DNA of 64,000 nt from Bacillota bacterium (lineage in GTDB: Bacteria; Bacillota_I; Bacilli_A; RF39; UBA660): positions 14,017 to 78,016 of the forward strand of contig SVAM01000006.1 in assembly GCA_015059425.1 (NCBI GenBank). Reading direction: 5' to 3'. The position numbers and the translations under genes are program-made. Position 1 is the stretch's first letter. Each line of letters starts with the position of its first letter. Of the stretch, positions 9,888-17,346 are shown piece after piece. Under the pieces are notes generated by a model. The model worked only from the letters and a program-made list of their open reading frames with translations. It ran no database searches and had not been told where the DNA came from.

Positions 9888-10160
9888 TTACCCACCCATT
9901 CCTGGTAAATCTACTGCACCTTCATTTTGTTTATCAAAATATGACTTACAATTTAAGCCAGTTTGTTCCGTACCATCTTTATCCATATATTCACAATTTT
10001 GATAGTTTTCGTCACATCCATAAGCTTGTGAACAATAAGTACTTGTGTTTATAGAGTTTCTAATCCCTGGCCAAACAAATGCATAAAAGAATGCAGCTAC
10101 GGCAGCTATTGCTACAACTGTAACAACTGTCATATTTAATTCTCCAGTTGCTTCCTTCAT
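9888..10160 (-). CDS. Small Cys-rich pilin-like protein P1 (90 aa)
   Basis: Leader MKEATG, then ELNMTVVTVVAIAAVAAFFYAFVWP, then a 4-Cys tail. GGGAGGA RBS. First gene of the operon. Confidence 0.55.
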   Translation of the reverse strand: MKEATGELNMTVVTVVAIAAVAAFFYAFVWPGIRNSINTSTYCSQAYGCDENYQNCEYMDKDGTEQTGLNCKSYFDKQNEGAVDLPGMGG

Positions 10161-10193
10161 AAATAAATTCCTCCCTTTATTTTATATATTATT

Positions 10194-10222
10194 ATTATAA
10201 CTAATTTTTTTTTAAATATCAA
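10194..10222 (-). promoter_or_regulatory. Near-consensus sigma-A promoter of the pilin-like operon
   Basis: Minus strand reads TTGATA-17 nt-TATAAT, about 35 nt upstream of the P1 start. Confidence 0.6.
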
Positions 10223-10280
10223 TAATGACATTTATATTTTGTAAAACTTATATAAAATCATTGTCTACAATTATGTTTTT

Positions 10281-10991
10281 ATGATAATATTAATTAAGAA
10301 TAGAGTTGATAATATGAATAGTGAAAAGTTAAAAATAATATTAGATAAAACAAAAAGTATTTTAATTGGTATAGGAACTATTTTATTATATTTTTTTGTA
10401 GCATTAATAGGAAATATGATTTTTGGTAAATACTATAAATCAAGTAACTTAGTTATTGCTACCTTATCTCAATTAGGTACGTATGCTCTTATATTATTAA
10501 TTCTAGTAATTATATATCATAAAAAACTTATAATAGATGCTAAAAACTTTAAAAAGGAATATTTTGAGGTTGCTATTAAAAATTGGATTTTAGGATTAGG
10601 AATAATGATTATTAGTAACATAATAATAACTACATTTACTAATGATATATCTGTTAATGAAGCCGCTAACAGAGAATTATTAATGACCTATCCCATAAGT
10701 AATATAATTTCAATGGTAATTATTGGCCCTTTTATCGAAGAAATAACTTTTAGATTATCTTTTAAAAAAGCTTTTACTAAATGGTATACCTTTGCACTAG
10801 TAACTAGTATATTATTTGGGTTAATGCATATCGCAGATTTTAAATTACTAGAATTTTTTTTTATAATCCCTTATGGCGCTTTAGGTTTCTTCTTTGCAAA
10901 AGCAATGTATGAAACAGATAATGTATTTACATCATTTATAGCACATATGATACATAATGCTATATGCGTTGTAATAATATTATTATTTTAG
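10281..10991 (+). CDS. CPBP family intramembrane glutamic endopeptidase (CAAX protease-like)
   Basis: Polytopic protein with motifs GPFIEEITFR, FGLMH and FIAHMIHN (the EExxxR / FxxxH / HxxxN triad of the CPBP family). The start could instead be the ATG at 10314. Confidence 0.8.
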   Translation: MIILIKNRVDNMNSEKLKIILDKTKSILIGIGTILLYFFVALIGNMIFGKYYKSSNLVIATLSQLGTYALILLILVIIYHKKLIIDAKNFKKEYFEVAIKNWILGLGIMIISNIIITTFTNDISVNEAANRELLMTYPISNIISMVIIGPFIEEITFRLSFKKAFTKWYTFALVTSILFGLMHIADFKLLEFFFIIPYGALGFFFAKAMYETDNVFTSFIAHMIHNAICVVIILLF

Positions 10992-11000
10992 GAGTTAAAT

Positions 11001-11819
11001 ATGAAAAAGAAATATAAACCTAAAAAAGGTGTAAAAATATTTAGTATTTTAATAATATTTATAGTATCTTTTTATTTGTATGGAAGATATATTAATAGTA
11101 GTAATTTAAAAGTATATGAAAAAGCTATATATAATGAAAAATTACCTAAAGATTATAATGGTTTAAAAATAGCACATTTTACTGACTTGCATTATGGAAG
11201 AACTACAAATGAAGAAATGCTAAAAAAAGTAGTTAAAGAAATAAATGAATTAAATGCTGATATAGTTATATTTACTGGTGATATATCTGATAACACTGAA
11301 ATAAATGAGAGTAATAAAAAAATACTTACAAAATATTTAAATAATATAAATGCTAAATTATTTAAATTTGCAATTATTGGCGATTATGATAAAAAATATT
11401 TAGATGACTATAAAGAAATATTAGCTAATAGTAATTTTATTCTTTTAGATAATGAAAATAAATTAATTTATTATAATACTAATAAACCTATAAATTTTAT
11501 AGGTTTAACAAACACTGATAATATAGATGAAATATATATAGAGGATAATTTTAATATTACATTAATTCATAAACCGGATTTAATAAAAAATATAGAAAAA
11601 TCCAATATAGTTTTTGCAGGCCACTCTTTAGGCGGACAAATAAGAATACCTTTTATAGGTGGAATCAAAAAAATTGATGGCGCAAAAACTTATTTAGATG
11701 AATACTATAAAATAAATGGTATTGATACTTATATATCAAATGGAATTGGAACTCAAGATATAAGTATTAGAATGTTTAATTCACCTTCTATAACATTATA
11801 TAGATTATATAACAAGTAA
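11001..11819 (+). CDS. Membrane-anchored metallophosphoesterase (YkuE-like)
   Basis: N-terminal TM segment. Calcineurin-like motifs IAHFTDLHYG, FTGDISD and FAGHSLGGQIR. Confidence 0.8.
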   Translation: MKKKYKPKKGVKIFSILIIFIVSFYLYGRYINSSNLKVYEKAIYNEKLPKDYNGLKIAHFTDLHYGRTTNEEMLKKVVKEINELNADIVIFTGDISDNTEINESNKKILTKYLNNINAKLFKFAIIGDYDKKYLDDYKEILANSNFILLDNENKLIYYNTNKPINFIGLTNTDNIDEIYIEDNFNITLIHKPDLIKNIEKSNIVFAGHSLGGQIRIPFIGGIKKIDGAKTYLDEYYKINGIDTYISNGIGTQDISIRMFNSPSITLYRLYNK

Positions 11820-11860
11820 GTTATATAATTTTTTATTTAAAAAGAATGTATTACTACATT

Positions 11861-13282
11861 CTAATTAGTATATAAAGCATTAATTTTATTTTTAGCATTA
11901 ATCACTGTATCAATATCAGGGTTCATTACATATAGTTTTGTACTACCAAAAGAATAAGTATAATCATAAGCATCTGTTCCATCTAAACTATAATTATCAA
12001 TTTCCCATGAAGGCATATCTGATACCTGCATTTTTATAAATTCAGTAATAGAATTTGTATCTAAGTTAGTAATAAATAAATCACTTAAAGCAGTAAGTAA
12101 AGATGAATAGTTTGTTATTATTGATGGGCTAACTGCTTTATCAATTAAAGCTTTAATTAAAGCGGCTTGATTCTCAACTCTTACCCTATCTCCCCCAATA
12201 AATGATTTTCTTTCTCTAACAAATGATAAAGCTTTTTCGCCGTCAACATAATTATATCCTACATTATATGAATATCCATCTTGTGAAATAAATTTATGTT
12301 TTGAATAAACATTGACACCATTTAAAGCATCAACAACTTTTATTACTGAGGAAAAATTAACTTTTACATAATAATTTATTTTAGTACCTAATAAGTTTTC
12401 TATAGTTTTTACACTAGTCTCAATTCCATATATACCGGCATGCGTAAGTTTATCTTTACTATTTGTATTATACAATTCTACATAATAATCTCTTGGTATA
12501 GATGTAATTAATATCTTATGAGTATTAGGATTAACTGTAATAACCATGTTAACATCACTTCTAGATACACTGCTAACAGTACCATATGTATCAATTCCAG
12601 ATATATAGATATTAAAAGGAGTATTAGTAATATTAACTTCATGTGCAATATCTTCAGTTTCTACATCAAGAGAAAATTTATAAATTGATTTATAAGAGCT
12701 TGCAAATTCTCCATCATTTTCAATTATAATATTTAAAATAGAATCTTCAATTAACATTGCTTCTATCTCTTCATTTATAAATGATTTTTTTAAATCTTCA
12801 ATTTTATCATATAATTCAATCTTACATTCAATTTTATTTTTTATTTTTTCTGAAGCACTTTTCAAACCTTCATTAGTTAAAGCTAAACTACCTATATTTT
12901 TTGTGTTTAAATCAGTTATATTTACAAAGTCACTATTTTTTAATACTAAAACACTGTAATTTTCAGTCTTAAAATTTTTAAAACCTATTTTTTTCAAAAA
13001 ACCTATAGTATTTAATTCATATATAATTACTAATATTAAAAATATAATATATATTATAGAAATTATAGTTCCAACAACTCTTTTTTTTACACTTTTTTTA
13101 GCTAAAACTAACAATGCTAAAGTAAATGTAATTAATGCTAGGAATATTGTTAAAATTAAAAAGTATTCACCTGGAAGTATATCAATAAATTTGAATAAAC
13201 TTAAAGTAATAATTGATATAACTATCATTGTAAAAACTATATATTTAAAAAAAGGCATTATTTTTTCTTTTTTCTTTGACAT
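11861..13282 (-). CDS. LCP (LytR-CpsA-Psr) family cell-wall polymer transferase
   Basis: N-terminal TM region. NIYISGIDT...SRSDVNMVITVNP...ILITSIPRDYYV...R.SF.GGD..R..NQ are typical of the LCP domain. Confidence 0.85.
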   Translation of the reverse strand: MSKKKEKIMPFFKYIVFTMIVISIITLSLFKFIDILPGEYFLILTIFLALITFTLALLVLAKKSVKKRVVGTIISIIYIIFLILVIIYELNTIGFLKKIGFKNFKTENYSVLVLKNSDFVNITDLNTKNIGSLALTNEGLKSASEKIKNKIECKIELYDKIEDLKKSFINEEIEAMLIEDSILNIIIENDGEFASSYKSIYKFSLDVETEDIAHEVNITNTPFNIYISGIDTYGTVSSVSRSDVNMVITVNPNTHKILITSIPRDYYVELYNTNSKDKLTHAGIYGIETSVKTIENLLGTKINYYVKVNFSSVIKVVDALNGVNVYSKHKFISQDGYSYNVGYNYVDGEKALSFVRERKSFIGGDRVRVENQAALIKALIDKAVSPSIITNYSSLLTALSDLFITNLDTNSITEFIKMQVSDMPSWEIDNYSLDGTDAYDYTYSFGSTKLYVMNPDIDTVINAKNKINALYTN

Positions 13283-13319
13283 AAAATCACCATCTTTAAT
13301 AAATTATACCATAAAATAT

Positions 13320-13925
13320 TTATAAAACAAATTGTAATATATGTATGAAAAATATTATATAACCAGAAGAAATTAAAAAACCCCCAATAACATCACTAAT
13401 GTAATGTACTCCTAAATATATTCTACTAAAACCTATTAAAATAATTAACAAAATTAGTAAAAAGACTAATAATAGTTTTGTTATTATTAATAAAGGACTT
13501 ACTATAATAAAATAAATTATTAAACCATAAAAGGATATAGCATTCATGGTATGACCAGACGGATAACTATAGCCTCTTTCGTTAATTAATCTATTAATAT
13601 TAGGTCTTTCTCTTTTTAAAACAAGTTTTAATAATTGATTTATAAATGCATTTAAAAGTAGACTAATAAAAAAATATAAAGCCATAAATTTATCCAAAAA
13701 TAAATAAAGCAATAAAATTATAAAAAACAAAAATAAAGTATTAGCAAAACTAGTAATTATTTTTAATCCAAAAGTTAATATATTATTTATGTATAATTTT
13801 TGATAAATATATTTATCAAAATTACATAAATATCCTTTTAACATTGCTATTGTCCAAAAAATAAATAAAATTGTTATTATTATAGAAATTATAATCATAC
13901 TTATCACTTTATAATTATATAACAA
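13320..13925 (-). CDS. PAP2-family phosphatase (undecaprenyl-diphosphatase/BcrC-like)
   Basis: Polytopic protein with PAP2 motifs KxxxxRERP, YPSGH and SRIYLGVHYISDVIGG. Confidence 0.8.
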   Translation of the reverse strand: MLYNYKVISMIIISIIITILFIFWTIAMLKGYLCNFDKYIYQKLYINNILTFGLKIITSFANTLFLFFIILLLYLFLDKFMALYFFISLLLNAFINQLLKLVLKRERPNINRLINERGYSYPSGHTMNAISFYGLIIYFIIVSPLLIITKLLLVFLLILLIILIGFSRIYLGVHYISDVIGGFLISSGYIIFFIHILQFVL

Positions 13926-14079
13926 AATATAAAATAAAAGAAGAAAATTAATTAGATTAAAGCAATTAAAATAAATTAAGTAGATTAAATTTGAAAGTGC
14001 ATAAACATATCATATTTGAAAGTATATTAAAACTCGAACTAACAAATAAATTTGAAAAAGTTCGATTTTCTTAACAATC

Positions 14080-14110
14080 TGGTGCCGGAAGGATTCAGTT
14101 AATGAACCCC
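14080..14110 (-). other. Fragment resembling a tRNA 3-prime end (T-arm/acceptor/CCA), interrupted
   Basis: Minus strand reads GGGGTTCATTAACTGAATCCTTCCGGCACCA. Compare the intact tRNA-Thr 3-prime end GGTTCAAATCCTCTTTCCAGCACCA at 48021-48045. No complete cloverleaf is present. Confidence 0.3.
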
Positions 14111-14189
14111 AAAACCTTGTTTAATGTATATCTAAATTCTACTGTAATTTTTAAATTTAGTAAACACTTTTTTAACAGAAAGTTGCAAA

Positions 14190-14597
14190 TTATTTAACTT
14201 TTTTATAACTTTCAGATAACAGGCTTTTGTTTAAAGATAAAACTCTATCAATAACATCTTCGTTACTATATGAATCATATCTTGGAGCTCTTTCTAATTC
14301 AGGAACATCAAACATTTCCCAATATTTTAATTTAATATGATATGTAGCAATTCCCTCTGGAGTATTAATCCCTGCTATAAAGCTATCATTAAACATAGGG
14401 TCATTTTCTTCATCAAAATGTTTTTTTGATTTCCATGATATTTCAGGTAGTAAATTACATAAAGTGCAAAACAAGGTAATTCTATGTCTATACAAATCAC
14501 CAAAAGTATGGTGTCCATCACTAATTTCTTTAGTAGATATCTCACCAGAAGTTTTACTTTCAAGAATCAAATTATTTATATCATCTATTTTTGACAT
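14190..14597 (-). CDS. Hypothetical protein (135 aa; SDGHHTFGDLYRHR motif)
   Basis: Start moved to ATG at 14597 (MSKIDDINN), which has a GGAG RBS and an upstream TGTTATAAT extended -10. The longer ORF-track version would read through a terminator hairpin. The ISDGHHTFGDLY..R motif is reminiscent of small phage/prophage-associated proteins, but this is not verified. Confidence 0.55.
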   Translation of the reverse strand: MSKIDDINNLILESKTSGEISTKEISDGHHTFGDLYRHRITLFCTLCNLLPEISWKSKKHFDEENDPMFNDSFIAGINTPEGIATYHIKLKYWEMFDVPELERAPRYDSYSNEDVIDRVLSLNKSLLSESYKKVK

Positions 14598-14638
14598 ATT
14601 ATCAGCTCCATGTTTTTTTATTATAACACAATTGTATG

Positions 14639-14664
14639 AAAAAACGAACCTTTGTGGGGTTCGT
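14639..14664 (-). terminator. Rho-independent terminator
   Basis: Stem acgaacc/ggttcgt with a 7-nt loop, followed on the minus strand by TTTTTT. Confidence 0.65.
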
Positions 14665-14780
14665 ATCAAATCTTTATGGTGCTGTAGCTTAACCTTATAT
14701 GAACTGTTCCTCGTTGACAAAAATAGCATATCACAAACTTTTTAAAACATCTATACAAAAACTACTATATGTTTCATTTC

Positions 14781-14905
14781 TGATTATTTTCCGAATAATT
14801 TCCGATTTACTATCTGATCCACTACCTGCTCAATTTCCGATTATTTTCCGTTTCATTTACATCAGTACTTTTTATCACTACACCAACAAAAAAAAGATCA
14901 TTTTT
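14781..14905. repeat. Copy A of a ~130-nt noncoding module with phased TTTCCGA-like repeats
   Basis: TTTCCGA at 14788, 14799 and 14834, and TTTCCGT at 14845 (spacings 11, 35, 11). Alignable with 15851-15985: tgatt..gaataatttc[ct]g[at]tttact ... tatcactaca ... A-rich tail. Confidence 0.6.
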
Positions 14906-14917
14906 CTGTTCTATAAA

Positions 14918-15751
14918 TTAATTAACCTTTTTTAAACATTTCTCTTTTATTTCATATATTGGCAAACTTTGTTTATTTATCATTTTTATAATATCTAAAT
15001 ATTTAGGATTTTGAATTCCATATTTTAATGACCATAAATACTGTAATATATCTCCCAATACATCTTTTAAATCTTTTCCATATTCTTTTCTTTGTGTTTT
15101 AATAGCGGATTCAATCCATTTTTCTGGTGATTCATATTCTTCTATTATATTCCATAACTGTTCATGACTTACCTTTAGTTCATCTATATAATTACGAGGT
15201 ATTTTCTGTCTAAAATATTCTTCAGTACATTTTAGCCAATTATTTATGTAACTTCTAGTGTAACAAGATAAATCATTAGGCAAACAATTAACTTGATTGA
15301 TTGTTAAATTTGATAAATGTTCTGGAAGCATAATTCCTTCGATTTTTGATTTATCTACTGATTGAAAACAAAATATTTCATCATCAAAATAAGTTTGTCT
15401 AACACCTTCTTTTGAAACACCTATTTGTTTATTAATCAATAAAGATAAAGATGTTAATGTATGTAATGTAAAGGATTCAAACATCGTATTAAAACTACAA
15501 TCATCCGTATATTCCGATAACGATACAAACATATCACCGTTTTTAGAATCAAAATCACTACTGAAATGAGTATAAATATTTGATAATCCATTCTTTTCAA
15601 TTAACTTTTTAGAAAGAATTCCGTATTGTAAAATAGTATCTAATTTAATTAAATTTAAATCTATTAACGAATGATAATAATATTGTTTAAAAAAATCATT
15701 ATTTTCTTCTACTACACTAATATATTTTTTTATATCACGAATTTTATCCAT
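14918..15751 (-). CDS. Hypothetical protein (277 aa), no recognisable motif
   Basis: Long ORF with a GGCGGTGGAG RBS region, flanked on both sides by the homologous noncoding modules. Confidence 0.55.
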   Translation of the reverse strand: MDKIRDIKKYISVVEENNDFFKQYYYHSLIDLNLIKLDTILQYGILSKKLIEKNGLSNIYTHFSSDFDSKNGDMFVSLSEYTDDCSFNTMFESFTLHTLTSLSLLINKQIGVSKEGVRQTYFDDEIFCFQSVDKSKIEGIMLPEHLSNLTINQVNCLPNDLSCYTRSYINNWLKCTEEYFRQKIPRNYIDELKVSHEQLWNIIEEYESPEKWIESAIKTQRKEYGKDLKDVLGDILQYLWSLKYGIQNPKYLDIIKMINKQSLPIYEIKEKCLKKVN

Positions 15752-15850
15752 GTTTCTCCACCGCCTTTAGAAACCTATAAATTAATAAGTATCTTAAAAA
15801 TTTAGTTATTATTATATCATACTTTTATTGTAATGTTTTATTTATGCTTG

Positions 15851-15985
15851 ATTTTTGAATAATTTCTGTTTTACTTCCTACTAATTTCCGATTGATTTCC
15901 ATATTTTTTCCGATTCATATATATTAGACATTTTCATTTTATAAATATCACTCACTCATATCACTACAAAATTTAAAACAAACAA
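15851..15985. repeat. Copy B of the noncoding module with five 11-bp-phased repeats
   Basis: TTTCTGT 15863, CTTCCTA 15874, TTTCCGA 15885, TTTCCAT 15896 and TTTCCGA 15907, exactly 11 bp apart. Confidence 0.6.
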
Positions 15986-16011
15986 AAAATCACTCTTCTA
16001 AAACAGTGATT
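15983..16011 (-). terminator. Terminator downstream of tRNA-Leu
   Basis: Stem aatcact/agtgatt, followed on the minus strand by a T-run. Confidence 0.55.
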
Positions 16012-16056
16012 TTCCTTTATAAAACTTGACTTTTAACAGTTCAAGTGAAACTCTTA

Positions 16057-16142
16057 TGGTGCTTGTGGTGGGACTTGAACCCACACGAACTCGCATTCGC
16101 CAGATTTTGAGTCTGGTGCGTCTACCATTCCGCCACACAAGC
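16057..16142 (-). tRNA. tRNA-Leu (anticodon CAA), class II with long variable arm, CCA encoded
   Basis: Reverse complement GCTTGTGTGGCGGAATGGTAGACGCACCAGACTCAAAATCTGGCGAATGCGAGTTCGTGTGGGTTCAAGTCCCACCACAAGCACCA. Acceptor GCTTGTG/CACAAGC, anticodon loop CTCAAAA. Confidence 0.93.
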
Positions 16143-16169
16143 AACTAAAAATATTATAGCATATTTTAA

Positions 16170-16787
16170 TTAATCTTCAAGTATTATTCCTTTATCGCTT
16201 AATATTTCTATCATATTTAGTATAGATAATTTTGATGTTATTAAATCATCTACATTTATACTAATATCATTAAAATAACTTGTTTTTAAATCGCATTTAT
16301 TAAAGTTTGTATCCATAAAAATATCCTTATTAAAATTACATTTGTAAAAGTTAATATCAGCAAACTTATTTTTTCTAAAAATATTTTCTACAAATCTAAC
16401 ATCATCATATAAACCAACATCAATTTTTAAATTTTCAAATTTAGAATATTGAATAAGACTTTCTATAAATTGAATATTATCAATATTTAAATTAAATAAA
16501 CTTAAAGAAGTTAATTTAGAATTACTAAAAATTACTTTATTAAAATTACATTCTAAAAAATTAACATTTATAAATTCTGAATTTTCAAACATAACTTTAC
16601 TAAAAAAAGAGTTATTAAAAGTAATATTTATAAATTTACAATTAACAAATTTAACTTCTCGAAAATCTGCATAATTAATGTCTAAATTCTCTATTATATC
16701 TTTATTAAAAATAATTCCTGTTAATGTTAAATCTTCATAATTTATAAATTCTTCTTCTTTTAAGTTATATCTAAATTCCCACTTCAT
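16170..16787 (-). CDS. Pentapeptide-repeat protein
   Basis: Repeated A(D/N)(L/F)xx units throughout (ADFREVKFVNCKFINITFNNSFFSKVMFENSEFINVNFLECNFNKVIFSNSKL...). Confidence 0.8.
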   Translation of the reverse strand: MKWEFRYNLKEEEFINYEDLTLTGIIFNKDIIENLDINYADFREVKFVNCKFINITFNNSFFSKVMFENSEFINVNFLECNFNKVIFSNSKLTSLSLFNLNIDNIQFIESLIQYSKFENLKIDVGLYDDVRFVENIFRKNKFADINFYKCNFNKDIFMDTNFNKCDLKTSYFNDISINVDDLITSKLSILNMIEILSDKGIILED

Positions 16788-17346
16788 CTATTCCCTCTTT
16801 ATATATAGAAGTAAATAATTCGGTCTCTTCATCAATATCTTTATTTTCATTAATTTCTGGAAGTTCACTTAAACTAGCTAAACCAAAAGCATCTAAAAAT
16901 TCATGAGTTGTTCGGTAAAGATTAGGTCTACCTGGCATTTTAGATTTACCCGCTTCTTTAACTAATCCTTTAGCCACTAATTTTCTAATAATATGCGAAC
17001 TACTTACACCTCGCATTTCATCTACTTCTACTCTAGTAATTGGTTGATTGTAAGCTATAATAGCTAAAACTTCTAATGTCGATGGACTTAAAATATTATT
17101 ATCAGGGTTATCAATTAATTTTTGGTAATATTCTTTATGTTCTTCTTTTGTTGTTAATTTAAAAGCATCTCCTAAATAACTGATTCTAATTCCTCTATCT
17201 TCTTTTTCATAATTATTTTTTAATGTTAAAAGTAATTCTTTCGCTTCTTCATTAGTTATTTCCATTATTTCACAAAGGCTATTAAGATTAATCCCTTCAT
17301 CTCCTACAACAAATAATATTCCTTCTAAAACGCCTAATTTATTCAT
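16771..17346 (-). CDS. scpB: Segregation and condensation protein B
   Basis: LEGILFVVGDEG....L, LEVLAIIAYNQPITRVEVDEMRGV and GRPNLYRTT..FLDAFGL. Start moved to ATG at 17346, which has an AGGAGGG RBS. Confidence 0.93.
   Translation of the reverse strand: MNKLGVLEGILFVVGDEGINLNSLCEIMEITNEEAKELLLTLKNNYEKEDRGIRISYLGDAFKLTTKEEHKEYYQKLIDNPDNNILSPSTLEVLAIIAYNQPITRVEVDEMRGVSSSHIIRKLVAKGLVKEAGKSKMPGRPNLYRTTHEFLDAFGLASLSELPEINENKDIDEETELFTSIYKEGIDEVGI

Noticed and set aside
9616-10160. The two small Cys-rich products could be class II bacteriocins or lantipeptide-like precursors.
   Set aside because: - There is no double-glycine or lanthipeptide-type leader.
- No ABC exporter, modification or immunity genes are in the operon.
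- The ~22-residue hydrophobic helix directly after a 6-aa leader, shared with two larger TadE-sized paralogues and a TadZ-like gene, fits pilin-like subunits better.

This alternative is not fully excluded.
13960-14060. Recurrent ATTTGAAAGT / ATTTGAAAAAGT words in the noncoding stretch after the PAP2 gene.
   Set aside because: Only 2-3 short copies occur in very AT-rich DNA, which is not distinguishable from chance by eye.
14080-14110. Possible functional tRNA gene.
   Set aside because: Only the T-arm/acceptor-like 3-prime part is present, and it is interrupted. No D-arm or anticodon arm can be folded from the flanking sequence.
14598-14729. N-terminal 44-aa extension of the 14190 ORF as given in the track. 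Also the overlapping ORFs 14375-14563(-), 14464-14745(+) and 14699-14935(+).
   Set aside because: The extension reads through a terminator hairpin and a TGnTATAAT promoter and has no RBS, whereas the internal ATG at 14597 has GGAG. The other ORFs lie in the noncoding repeat module or antisense and have no signals.
15863-15913. The regular short repeats could be a CRISPR array or a minisatellite.
   Set aside because: The period is only 11 bp with no spacers, the copies are degenerate, and no cas genes or leader are present. Phased protein-binding sites are a better explanation.
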